From NCBI RefSeq assembly GCF_030144855.1, contig NC_082736.1, positions 16,740,001-16,804,000 on the forward strand: a stretch of 64,000 bases of DNA. The letters run 5' to 3'. Of this stretch, positions 52,601 through 64,000 are shown piece after piece. The first letter of the stretch is position 1. Each line of letters opens with the position of its first letter. The notes under the pieces were generated by a model that was not told the DNA's origin, did no database searches, and was given only the letters and a program-made list of their open reading frames with translations. A program made the position numbers and the translations under genes. This stretch comes from Hypanus sabinus. Taxonomy: Eukaryota.

Positions 52601-54599
52601 TTGTGGTTTAGGGCATATTCATCTGCGAACCTAGCAAATTCGGAGATGGACTTATTTGGCTTCTCATTCAAATACATATCCTCCATTCCTCAATCAGAAT
52701 TAACTCCCTGAGACGCCAAAAATCCTCTCCCACTATTTCTGCCGTGCACCAATGATCCAAGAGCACACCCTTCTCATAGGCAAACTCGGTATACGTCTGA
52801 TTCCACCCTTTCTTTAAATTTCTGAACTTTTGTCTATACGCTTCAGGTACCAATTCATAACTCCGGAGAATGGCCGCTTTTACCTTGTCATAATTCTCCG
52901 TCTCTTCCTCCTCCATGGACTACGCCGTATATGCTCGTTGTGCCTTCCCTTTTAACACACTTTGTAACAGCGCCACCCACTGATCTCTGGGCCACTTTTG
53001 ATTCACTGCCACCTTCTCAAAAAGCAAGAAATAGCTATCAACATCCGTCTCCTCGAACGGAGGTACTAACCTCAACTCCCGAATGACATTAAACCGCTCA
53101 TCTCAGTATGACCCTTGATCTCTTCACTCCTGCCTTAACTTCTCCATCTCCAAGTCATGTTTCCTCTGTTTCTCTGCCTCCCTCTCCTTCTCGGCTCTTT
53201 CCTTTTCTTTCTCAGCTCTCTCTCTCTCTCTCCTTTTCAGCTGCTTCCGGCTGTTTTAACTGAATTTCATGCTCCCTTTGTTTCTCGGCCCTATCCTGCT
53301 CCCGTTTAACTCCTTTAGCTGGAGCGCATGCTCCCTTTGTTTGACGGCCCTTTCTTTCTCTCTCTCGGCTCTTTCTTTCTCTTTCTCGGCTCTTTCTTTC
53401 TCCTTCTCAGCAGCTTCCAGCTGCTTTAACTTAATTGCATGTTCCAACCTTAATTTCTTCAACTCTAACTGAGCCATCCCACGAGCTGGTACCTTTTCAG
53501 GGATATTTTCCAATACCTCAGCTGCAAACACATTCTTCCCAATATAATACTGAGTTATGGCCCTTCGCACCTCCCGCTTTTTCATGAACAACCTCACCTC
53601 TGCGAGGTTTAGCCCTTTCACCAGATTTATCAAGTCCGATTTGGTGGCCGCCTCTAGCGCCTCCAGAGTCGGGTTTTCTATAAATTCATCCACGTCCATC
53701 TTTGCTGGGTTCCCGTCTGGCTACCCGCGTAACCAGATCCAAGTTTGGACTTATAAGACCGATTAACTGGCCTCCCAATTTGGTGTCAAATCTCAAAACG
53801 AGAACTCCAATTGTTACGTACCCCGTAACTGGGTCACTTACCAGCAAAGATAGAGAGGTCCGTTGAAGTCTGATGGTACTATTTTTAACAGTATTTATTG
53901 ATAAAAATACACAAAAATAATATCAATGCAAACATACAGATAATATACGTTGTCAATACTAAATCTAAAAGTGCGGGTATAATAATAATCTATAAGAAAT
54001 AGCTCTATTGTTGTCTGGGGGATAATGTATTGTGCGATGGAAATATAAAAGTCACTGAAGTTCATTCAAGCTGCAGCTTTTGGTTGGAGAGAGAGACGGA
54101 TTAAAACTTGCCCATTCCTTTTATGATGTCGATCCTTCGAGAGTCGTTGGGGCTGATTTCTCCTTTGTTGTTAGCTAAAGCCGTTCCTCTGTGGCAAGGC
54201 CCACCAATTCCGAGGCAAATGGAAAAGGACGCACGTGGCTTTCCACCGGCTTTCGCTATTACGCTGTTACAGGATTTCTAGCGTTTCTTCTGGTGCGTCT
54301 GAGGGGCTGTTCCCACAGACCCTCTTTTATCCCCACTCGCGGGGGTCTCAGATGTCAATCAGGGTGGAGGGATGCCTCCCCTCAACCAGCCCACTTTTGG
54401 TCATTCCCAGAGGGTTTTGAATAAATATTGTGTACTCAATACACAATTCCGTCTCCAAGAGACAATGGCCGTTTCCTGTAGCTTTGTATCACCGAGGGGC
54501 CAAGACATTCCAAACGTCTCTCTCTCATTTCCTGGGTCTCCTGACCTGAATTAATAGCGATCTTGTGATTCTCAAAAAGGAGGGGGCGCAGGCGTAACA
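49602..54599 (-). mobile_element. Second Gmr1-like (SCAN-gag) non-autonomous LTR element
   Basis: LTRs 49602-50384 and 53812-54599; TSD ACAG; gag MDVDEFIENPTLEAL.., YELVPEAYRQKFR, CFNCGKGGHIASR; protease-like RDTDA; inserted in a CR1 3'UTR (49345-49601 and 54600-54685). Confidence 0.9.
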
Positions 54600-55234
54600 A
54601 CAGCCTAGGTAGTTCTAAGGTAGGGACACGTTCAGCACAGCTTTGTGGTCCAAAGGGCCTGTATTGTGCTGTAGGGTTTCTATGAGTTACTCAAATAGTA
54701 ACTCCAAATAGGAGGAAAAATAAGTAAATACGGAAGAAATAACAGATACAGAAACCTGCAGATTCTGTACACTGAAGCAAAAGCAGAAAACAAAAATCCC
54801 CAGATCTGGTAGTTCATCAACCTTCCCAGCAAAACGTTTTAAACTGTAACAAAGCAAGGAGTAATTGCAAACTTCCAAAAGTTTCGACTGAGTTGTGAAG
54901 GCGGTGAGGATTCTGCAAAGGGGTAGATACCGGTGATGTGATCGAACACAGGTCTGGCAGCTGGGAGATTGTGGGGGAGGGAGGTTGTGAACTTGTACAT
55001 TTTGGCAGCAAAAATATATAATACAGAACATTTTCTAAATGTTCAGAGAGAACAGGACCTGGCAGTTCAGAGGGAGCTTGGGTCCTGGTGCTCCAGATGG
55101 AATTTGGAATGCGAACAGGGGGTATCTGAAGAACGGTTTTGGCCTGAAACGTTAACTCTGTTTCTCTGACCACGGGCAGTGCCTGACCTGCTGCGTGTTT
55201 CCAGCTGTCTCTATTTTCCTGGAAACTCAGAGTT

Positions 55235-55620
55235 CGGACTTTATTCCCTGGAGCGTCGGAGAATGAGGGGAGACTTGATAGAGGTATATGATGGGTATAA
55301 ATAGAGTGAATGCAAGCAGACTTTTTAAACTGAGGCTAGGGGAGAAAAAATACAGAGGACATGGGTTAAGGGTGAAGGAGCAAAAGTTTAAAGTGATCAT
55401 GGGGGGGGGGCTTCTTCACACAGAGAGTGGTGGGAGTGTGGAATGAGCTGCCAGATGAAGTGGAAAATGCGGGCTCACTTTTAACAGTGAATGCGGCTGA
55501 AAAACTTGGACAGGTACATGGATGAGAGGTGTATGGAGGGATATGGGCCAGGTGCATGTCAGTGGGACTAGGCAGAAGAATGGTTCAGCACAGCCAAGAA
55601 GGGCCAGAAGGCCTGTTTCT
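55235..55620 (+). mobile_element. CR1 3' fragment
   Basis: LYSLERRRMRGDLIEVY relic and FFTQRVVGVWNELP. Confidence 0.75.
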
Positions 55621-55819
55621 GCGCGGTAATGTTCTATGGTTCCCGTCCTCGCAATTGTCCCCTGGTTCAGAATTTCATCATTTAATTTTCGGAGAATTGA
55701 ACAGAAATTTAAAGAGATTATGTGCCAGTTCTACAACGAGTTATGTGTTAACGTTACAGACTGGCCTTCGATATTGAAGCTGTGTATCTGAAGGTTTTTC
55801 CGAGCGCTTTGTTTCTGTT

Positions 55820-56359
<540 letters not shown>

Positions 56360-56392
56360 AAACCTCCCACTTCCTCCCGAGCACAAAACAAA

Positions 56393-56431
56393 GGCTCTTC
56401 TAAGAGCCACCCACCGCCTCACAGAGGGAGC
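56393..56431 (+). terminator. Histone 3' stem-loop and HDE
   Basis: GGCTCT-TCTA-AGAGCC 56393-56408, ACCCA, AGAGGGAGC. Confidence 0.92.
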
Positions 56432-56889
56432 TATGTCCAAACTTCGGTTACATATTATTTTTCGTGTATAAATAATAAATTGTGTTAAACATTTGAATAC
56501 AGTTTCATTGGACGTGCTTAAAATGTATGCGATTCTGCCTTTCCTGTCGGTGATGCCCGCAAAAACTCATTGAATGAATTAAAATTAAAATCGATCTTAA
56601 TCTTCTTTGCCGTCACGAACAGAAATCAGTTCACTCCGAGAAGTATTCCAGTAGTTATGCATATATTCAAATTTTTGCATTTATTAAATGGAACTGAAAG
56701 CGAATAATCCGTGATTTAATTAATTGGGGAAAAACATTTTCAAACACGGTTGCTGGTAATTTGAAAGTAATTCGGCGCCAATCACACTGTATTCGGATTG
56801 GCTATAGTCAGACAACTACGGTATTTTACAGGTTCCAAAGTCAGACGCAAATTAATAATCGCTGCGAGGCTGCGGGTGATGAGTGAAGA

Positions 56890-57460
<571 letters not shown>

Positions 57461-57489
57461 GCCCAGCCTACACACCAAATACAAGAAAA

Positions 57490-57530
57490 GGCTCTTTTAA
57501 GAGCCACTACCACGACAAAGGAAAGGGCTG
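57490..57530 (+). terminator. Histone 3' stem-loop and HDE of H3
   Basis: GGCTCT-TTTA-AGAGCC 57490-57505, then AAAGGAAAGGGCTG. Confidence 0.9.
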
Positions 57531-57713
57531 CCAAATATTGTACATGTTTGATGTTGGTGTTTTGTATAAATAAACTAGTATTTTGTAGCTGGGACCTGAA
57601 TGAAGGTCAGTCGGCAATGCCACCGCGTAGCTTATCATATATCCTCCCGCTGCAGATATCTCTCTCTCAACACGCCCCCTCCCCTCTCGCATCGGTTTCA
57701 GCAGTTCTTAAAA

Positions 57714-57752
57714 GGGTCTTTTAAGAGCCACTATCGCGGCAGAGGAAAGGGC
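57714..57752 (+). terminator. Second, orphan H3-type stem-loop/HDE (one stem mismatch)
   Basis: GGGTCT-TTTA-AGAGCC 57714-57729, followed by ACTA and AGAGGAAAGGGCT. Confidence 0.7.
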
Positions 57753-58711
57753 TATCAGTTCCTGCTTATTATTGTGGCGATGTACAATATCCCTCGGCCA
57801 TCCTCCTGAGGTGTCAATGTTTAATGGCTCTGTTCAGTTCTGCAAACAAATTCCAACACTCACGTCAGGTTAATGGAGCGAATAACCGGAGGTGAACGCA
57901 ATCTCTCCCCATCAGCATCTCTACTGATCATTCATTTCTCCCACACACCAGCCAGGTACAGTTTGTGCGGCCGCTACCGTTTTCTTTGTTTTGCACAATG
58001 GGCATTCGTTCGAGCCTGGCTGTGCGTGGACCGCGAATGTTCCCCTCCTCCCCCAGAAAAGAGCGACCTCTCATCTTCCAGCTCCGCCTCCATTTTGTAC
58101 AACCGCCAATTTCCAACGGTTTCGCGAAATACAGCGATTTCCGCGATTTCTTAGACGCGTAATGAAGGTCAGTCGGCAAAGCTACCGGGTGGTTTATCAT
58201 ATTTCCTCCCCGTACAGTCCATCCCCAGAAAGGGATCCCTCCCTTAACCCTCTCCCGGGAGTCATCCGTTCGCGATCTACACAGCTGAATTGAATTTTCG
58301 GCTGTAAGGCGCGGAAACTCCGCAGGCCATCAGGCTGCTTAATTCATGCTGACGCAACTGTATTTCTGTTATATTACCCATCCTGTTGTGTATAATATTT
58401 ATTAAAATTTGTATAAATTAGATATTTAGACGGATACATACGGTAAAGATTTTTGCTCCTCATATTTCCGAACGATACAAGTAATATGTCAATTCAATTC
58501 GATGTCTGTCACTCCCCCGGGATGGGGGAGGAACTAGGCCTGCGACCATATCTATCACAAACCCCGAGTGAAACTCAGCTTGAACGTCCAGGTTTCACTT
58601 CTAAAACGGACTCGTCACGGCCGCACCGAGTGTTAGCCAGGTACCAAATTCTCGGCATTGTCGGAGAAAATCCCGCGGAAATCTCTATCACGGGAAACAC
58701 AATATCCAGGT

Positions 58712-58751
58712 TCAGCTCTTTTCTGAGATGTGGGTGGCTCTGAGAAAAGCC
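58712..58751 (-). terminator. Histone 3' stem-loop and HDE of H1
   Basis: Minus strand GGCTTT-TCTC-AGAGCC (58751-58736), ACCCA, AGAAAAGAGCTG. Confidence 0.9.
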
Positions 58752-58788
58752 GTTGGGTTCAGATACTTACAAGTGGTGGATTCTCAAT

Positions 58789-59401
58789 TCACTTTTTGAC
58801 TGCTGTCTTCTTGGGTTTCGCGGATTTCGGCTTCTTGGCCGCCTTTGTCTTCGGGGCTGCGGCTTTCTTGGGGCTTTTGGGCTTCGGCGCCGCTTTCTTA
58901 GCCGATGGTTTCTTAGCCGCGGGTTTCTTACCTCCCGTTTTTTTTAGCCGCTGGTTTCTTACCTCCCACTTTTTTAGCCGCTAGTTTCTTGGCGCCAAGC
59001 TTCTTGTTGGGAGATTTCTTGGTGTCAGATTTCTTTGCCGATGGCTTGTTCGCCTTCTTCACCACCTTCACGGCAGTTTTCCCTTTACCGGATTTAAAGG
59101 ATCCCGAAACACCCGAGCCCTTAACCTGAACCAAGGAGCCGCTTTCCAGTTTCCTCTTGATGCCCATCTTGATCTGGGGGCGACGTTTCACCAGATCGAC
59201 ACCGCTGACGGCCAGAGCCTTAATGATGGCCGCGTAGGACATACCCTTCCTATCGCGACAACCCGCCACGATCTTATCGATCTGTTCGCCCAGCGTGGGA
59301 CCGGTTGGTTTGCTCCGGGCAGCCGCCTTCTTCTTGGGAGTCTTCTTTGCGGCGGCGGATGCGGCTGGAGGAGCCGTTTCGGCGAGTGCTGTCTCGGTCA
59401 T
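58789..59401 (-). CDS. H1: Histone H1 (about 203 aa if a +1 base in the T8 run at 58938-58945 is removed; otherwise truncated at 157 aa)
   Basis: Globular domain GPTLGEQI..RKGMSYAAIIKAL..LVQVKGSGVSGSFK; Lys/Ala/Pro tail continues in the shifted frame to TGA at 58791-58789; stem-loop and H1 box present. Confidence 0.88.
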
Positions 59402-59469
59402 GTCGGCGACTCTGATAAATCCTTCTCACAATCAGAACTGAATGAGAAATGAAGCGAAAGGCGGCGGCA

Positions 59470-59555
59470 CAGAGCAGTTTAAAGGCAGCGAGCGGACTGG
59501 GCGGAGACATCCTGCTTTCAGCTCCAGGCAGCTTCATTTTTCTGTGTTTCTCCCT
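59470..59555 (-). promoter_or_regulatory. H1 promoter with H1 box
   Basis: AAACACA (59549-59543), GC box 59499-59504, TATA-like TTTAAA 59478-59483. Confidence 0.75.
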
Positions 59556-59950
59556 CCTCAAAAACTCGCTGATTCTAATTAAAATCGGACACTGCGGACA
59601 CTCGGACTAGTCCCCGTCCGTCACTGAGGCCGGAATGTTCGCTGGAAGGAAAGTTTAATCGGCATTAAAGGCAACACTTATTATTTTAACCAGTTTCGTT
59701 ACTGCAATGCCCATGTTCTTTTTCCGGATCTTTGACTTGTTCTCTGCTTTTCGGCTGAAATATTTAAACTAATTAAAACTCCACGGTTAATTCCGTCTTC
59801 AGGACTGAGCTGGGGAGTGAGGAGAGTCCGTAACAGAAAAATGTTTTCATTTCCTTCAGGGAGCGCTGGGACATCCGGCGATATGTTCGGACCCACAAAC
59901 ACAGTGACACTGGTCTAAGCCGCCCGCCCCTTTAAAGCACTCTCTGAATC

Positions 59951-60310
59951 AGCAAGTCAGGCAGCATCTGTGGTGGGAATAAACAGTCGACATTTCGGGC
60001 TGAGACCCTTCATCAGGACTCTGGTGGGAGATGCTGCCTGACTTGTTGGGTTCCTCCAGCATTTTCTCCGCGTTGTTCGCGATTCCCAGAATCTCTTGGG
60101 TTGATGCTTACACAATGTTCACATCTGCACCTTCACTGTGGCCTCCAATCATTTACACCACTGTAACATAATGTACAAAAGGATATACTCAATTCCGTGA
60201 CTAGTGAAGACCAGCATGTCAGACACACAGAATGCTGGTGGAACGCGGCAGGCCAGGCAGCATTTTGTGTGTGTTGCTTGAATTTCCAGCACCTGCACAT
60301 TTCCTTGTGT
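59951..60310. mobile_element. Two short fold-back Penelope-terminus remnants
   Basis: 17-bp perfect inverted repeat 59953-59969/60029-60045; second fold-back ACACAGAATGCTG/CAGCATTTTGTGT at about 60225-60270. Confidence 0.7.
59985..60020 (-). ncRNA. Penelope-derived minimal type I hammerhead ribozyme-like motif
   Basis: AGUC-CUGAUGA-A-GGG UCUCAG CCC-GAAA-UGUC-GACU: conserved core, stem I AGUC/GACU, stem II GGG/CCC, GUC cleavage triplet. Confidence 0.65.
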
Positions 60311-60479
60311 GTTCGTGCCAGCATGTTAAACTCCGTTCTGCACCAGCCTGTCTGCCAGTGAGACTACTTCAATGAACTGCTTGTACACTTTACCCCTAAA
60401 TCTATCCTGTCCAGTGCACTCCGTAATGACCGATCATTCATTGTGTAAATTCTACACTGGTTTGATTTTCGAATATGCA

Positions 60480-61130
60480 CCGCCTCTCACTATTTATATT
60501 GAAATGCATTTGCCACGCTGCGGCCCTCCTACCCAACCGATCAAGATCCCTCTTTAACCTGCGACCACCGTCTTCACTGTCAAGAACATGAACAAATCAT
60601 TTATATAAATAATGAATGCCGAGGCTCCCAACTCCGGCCCCTGCGGCTCACCACTAATCACCAGCCTCCATTCTGTGAAAGAACCTTCAAGCACAACTCT
60701 CTGCTTCCGACCTCCCAGACAACTTTGAATCCAGCTGACTAGCTCATCCTGTATACAATGGGGCCTAACCTTCCAGACCAGGCTGCCATGTGAGACTTTT
60801 CCAAGGTCCATATAATAACACATATTTTTATCAAAAACTCAGAGATTTTCAAACCACAACTCCCTATGCACAAAGCCTTTCGACACCTAACCAGACTCTG
60901 GCTATTCAAATGCTGGTACATCGTGACTCAGAATCCTCTCCAGTAGCTTCCCCACTACTGATATCAGGAGACCTGCTTGTCGTTCCCGGCTTGTCCTTGC
61001 AAATGACAGAACAACATTAGCCTCTTTCCATTTTTCATGACTTTCATTAGCGGTCTGAGGATTTTCACCACAGCCTCCATGAAGTAATTGCTCAGGTCCT
61101 GAGTAGTTATCCCCCACCTAATGCATTGTA
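60480..61130 (-). mobile_element. Old CR1 RT remnant
   Basis: ORFs 60554-60823 (SWIQSCLGGRKQRVV, GEPQGPELG, IYINDL) and 60902-61117 (ISVVGKLLERIL). Confidence 0.75.
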
Positions 61131-61919
61131 TGGCTGCATGTCACACCTCATCTGTAAACTCACGAGTCACATTCACAACAATGTCAGAGAAATTGTTCAC
61201 ATCAATGAGAAATGACAGTTCCAGCAATGATCTCTGTCAATGTCACTGGTCAGAGGCCTCCAACCTGAATGACAAGCTGCCACGACCACCCTCTGTCTCC
61301 TTCCACCAAGACGATTTTGTGATTCTGATGTTTAGCTGTGTTCATCTGACATTGGTGAGGACGAAGCTGTCCTAAAACATTCAGTGTGGGTTCAGGCTCC
61401 TGTACCTCTGGCCCAAAAAGGGGGCACCTCCTGGATGGTCCAGTGGACACGAACCTGACATGGGAAACTGGAAAGGGAAACTGAATCTACTTAATGTACT
61501 GGTGAAGCAGTTGGACTTGCAGATTTGATCAACAGGAGACACAGCCTTTCAGAGGAGAACAGCGACAGCCAAGACTGTTGTCTCTGATGTACAGCGGGGG
61601 ATGATGGAGACAAGAGATCTGTAGTCACTGGATTACTCCTGATGCCATGTACTGGTGAGGGCAGGAACAGGAGGACAGGGCAGATGGATGTGAGGATGAG
61701 GAGCTGGTACAGGAGGATGGGTTTAGGTTTCAGACCACTGGGATCTGTGCTGGGGCAGAGGTGAACAGTCGAAGTGAGACAGGCTGCACCTGAACTAAGC
61801 GGGTCAGTTGTGGGCAGATTTGTTAATGCATCATAGGAGGATTGAAATGATTCTGTCAATAGGTTGGGAACCAAAACAGTGGTGTGGCAGATGATATCCC
61901 TTTACTCTGCCGTGAGTGT

Positions 61920-62151
61920 GTCTCCTAAAAGAGCCTTTTGTTGCGTTTTGTGCAAAGGCCAGGTTTAAGCAGGCTCCCCGCAAAAGCATCGAGCCAGCTG
62001 GATGGTAACGGCGTGGATGGCGCACAGGTTAGTGTCCTAGAAGAACCCTACCAGGTAAGCCTCGCTAGCTTCCTGCAGGACCCTGACGGTCGAGCTCTGG
62101 AAGTGCAGATTGGCTTTGCAGTCCTGAGCGATGTCCACCAGGTGCTGGAAA
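61920..62151 (-). pseudogene. H3: Old histone H3 relic (3' half plus degenerate stem-loop)
   Basis: Minus strand [60 protein letters not shown]; stem-loop relic GGCTCTTTTAGGAGAC 61935-61920. Confidence 0.88.
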
Positions 62152-62159
62152 GCCGAGGA

Positions 62160-62870
62160 TCCAGTTTCAGAGGGAGGTGCAGAGGGTCAGGCTCTGTAGC
62201 TATTTTATCAGGACTGTAGGAATAACGGTGTTAAATGCTGAGCTCTCGTCAACAACAGCATCCTGACATAGGCATTCGCATTGCCCAGGTGATCCAATGC
62301 TGTCCAGAGAGCCATTGAGATTGCATTGACTGCAGACATATTGTATCGATAGGCAAATTGCAGTGGGTCCAGGTCCTTCCTGGGACAGGTGTTAATTCTA
62401 TCCATGACCAACCTCTCAAAGCATTTTGTAACCGTAGATTTGAGAGCTACTGTACATTAGTTGTTGAGGCAACTCACACTAACCTTCTTGGGTACGGGAG
62501 CAATTGTTGCCCTTTTGAAGCAGGTCAGAACTTCTGACTGTAGCTGTGAGATTGAAAATGTCTCTGACCACTTCCACCAGTAGGTTTTCGGAGCCTTAAC
62601 AGGTATTCCGTCAGGCCCTGCTGCCCTGCGAGGGTTCAGCCTCTTGAAAGACAGCCTGATGTCGGCCTCCAAGACAGAGATCACAGGGTCACCAGACGCT
62701 GCACCTATCCTCATAGCTGTGGTTTTACTCTCCCTTTAAAAGCAAGCATAAAAGTGGTCAAGCTTGTCTGGTTGTGAAGCATCACTGCCATTCATGCTGT
62801 TGGGTTTGCTTTGCAGGACGTAATGGCTGGAAAACCTGCCAGAGTTGACGTGCATCTGATGTAGAGAATG
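62160..62870 (-). mobile_element. Rex-Babar-type LINE RT fragment
   Basis: RLNPRRAAGPDG, CFKRATIAPVPKK..SCLNN, LDPLQFAYR. Confidence 0.8.
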
Positions 62871-62930
62871 TTGGAAATTCTTTACTCCGGTGGGCATGAA
62901 GTCTGGATCAATGGAGGGGTTTAAAGATGA

Positions 62931-63000
62931 GGGGGTAGCATCGTAGTTAGTGCAGTGGTTACAGTACCAGCGACCTGGGTTTAATTCCCACTGTTGTCAG
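62931..63000 (+). mobile_element. tRNA-derived SINE head fragment (HE1/V-SINE-like)
   Basis: GGTAGCATCGTAGTTAG..ACAGTACCAGCGACCTGGGTTTAATTCCC with A- and B-box-like spacing; family assignment from recall only. Confidence 0.5.
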
Positions 63001-63365
63001 TCAGAAGTGCAGTTCTCATCTGAGGTTCACTGCCTGCTGGGGCTGTGGGAATAAATAAACAGGGCATTCAAAGAGGAATTTGTCAGATCCTCCAGTGTCA
63101 GGAATAGACTCAATGGGTCAGATGATCACCTCTTGTGGTTCCAAACACTCCCCTCACCTCCAACCAATGTTTAAAGTCCATGGTCAACAAAGTTAGTTTG
63201 TGTAATAAAGACACTCTTCAGTAAAAGCAGTGATACTATTCCAAGCAAACTGAGCTGCCAGTGCACAGCACCGGCCAGTGAGGACACAGACCAGTGCAAC
63301 ACCCAGCTCTCTAATGGAGAATTAATAAAACACAATACTGATAACCCAGAGCTGGACAATCCAGC

Positions 63366-63642
63366 ATTTCACTGTGACTCTGACCTTCAATCATCATTCC
63401 TCTATCTATGGTATTTCACTGTAAACATAACCTACAATCATCATTCCTCTATCTATGGTATTTTACTGTAAATATGACCTACAATCATCATTTCCCCATT
63501 TACACCATTTCAGTGTAACTATGACCTACAATCATCATTTCTCTATCTACACCATTTCACTGTAACTATGACCTACAAACATCATTTCCCCATCTACACC
63601 ATTTCACTGTAACTATGACATGTAAACATCATTTCCCCATCT
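63366..63642 (+). repeat. 47-bp minisatellite, about 6 units
   Basis: Units start at 63366, 63413, 63460, 63507, 63554 and 63601; consensus ATTTCACTGTAACTATGACCTACAATCATCATTTCTCTATCTACACC. Confidence 0.93.
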
Positions 63643-64000
63643 TCATAATTTTGTATACCTCTATCTAATCTCCCCACAACATTCTACATTCCAAGGAATA
63701 AAATCCTAACCTATTGATCTTTCCGGAGAAGTCAGGTCATTAAGTCCCAGGAACATCCTTGGAAATTTTCTCTGTACTCTTTCAAGCTTGTTTTCATCTT
63801 TCTTGTGGGTTACTGACCCACAATATTCCAAATATTCCAAACACAATATTGCAAGTTAGGCCTTAGCAATGTCTTATCCAACTTGTACCATGTGCCTCAG
63901 CTCAGATGATTCTATCTATGTGTGATGTCACTTACTGGGAATTATGAATCTGTGTTCCCAGATCCCTCAGCTCCACTGCGCTTTTCAGTGCCTGACTGCT
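63643..64000 (-). mobile_element. Old CR1 ORF2 tail remnant
   Basis: Similarity to 2020-2390 (CAATATTCCAAA, GGCCTTA..AATG, CCCAGGAACATCCT). Confidence 0.65.

Noticed and set aside
53160-53420. CT-rich low-complexity tract
   Set aside because: It is the Glu/Lys/Arg coiled-coil repeat of the LTR element gag on the minus strand, not an independent feature
61491-61874. 127-aa Ser/Pro-rich ORF and the 62-aa hydrophobic ORF at 63171-63359
   Set aside because: No recognisable domain, start context or splice support
62931-63000. Possible tRNA gene
   Set aside because: No complete cloverleaf; better explained as a decayed tRNA-derived SINE head
63366-63642. Regularly spaced repeats resembling a CRISPR array
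   Set aside because: Head-to-tail units without unique spacers, eukaryotic context, no cas genes

Overview
Vertebrate genomic DNA, inferred to be a cartilaginous fish (probably a ray) from the H1 sequence and the CR1/Penelope/Rex-Babar/HE1-like repeat set. The window is a transposon-saturated, partly decaying replication-dependent histone gene region. Group 1 is H4(+) 17615-17926 (G99V) converging on a divergent H2A(-) 18650-19030. Group 2 is a canonical H4(+) 56048-56359, H3(+) 57054-57460 with a 4-bp frameshift, H1(-) 58789-59401 with a +1 homopolymer frameshift, and an old H3 relic at about 61.9-62.15 kb. These loci carry a 3' histone stem-loop (degenerate in the relic); no H2B is present. 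The rest is nested mobile DNA: a near full-length CR1 LINE with esterase ORF1, a Tc1 relic, two SCAN-gag (Gmr1-like) LTR elements lacking RT/IN, a young CsRn1-clade Gypsy, Rex-Babar and Penelope remnants, and many CR1 fragments. The most notable sequence-level signals are: a complete -1 frameshift cassette (G GGA AAC plus a 12-bp stem pseudoknot, with an overlapping UGAUG) in the Gypsy; a Penelope-derived minimal hammerhead-ribozyme motif inside a 17-bp inverted repeat upstream of H1; an unknown ORF replacing RT/IN in both Gmr1-like elements; orphan histone cis-elements; and an orphan CpG promoter at 33.5 kb. All calls were made by eye; boundaries of old repeats are approximate.
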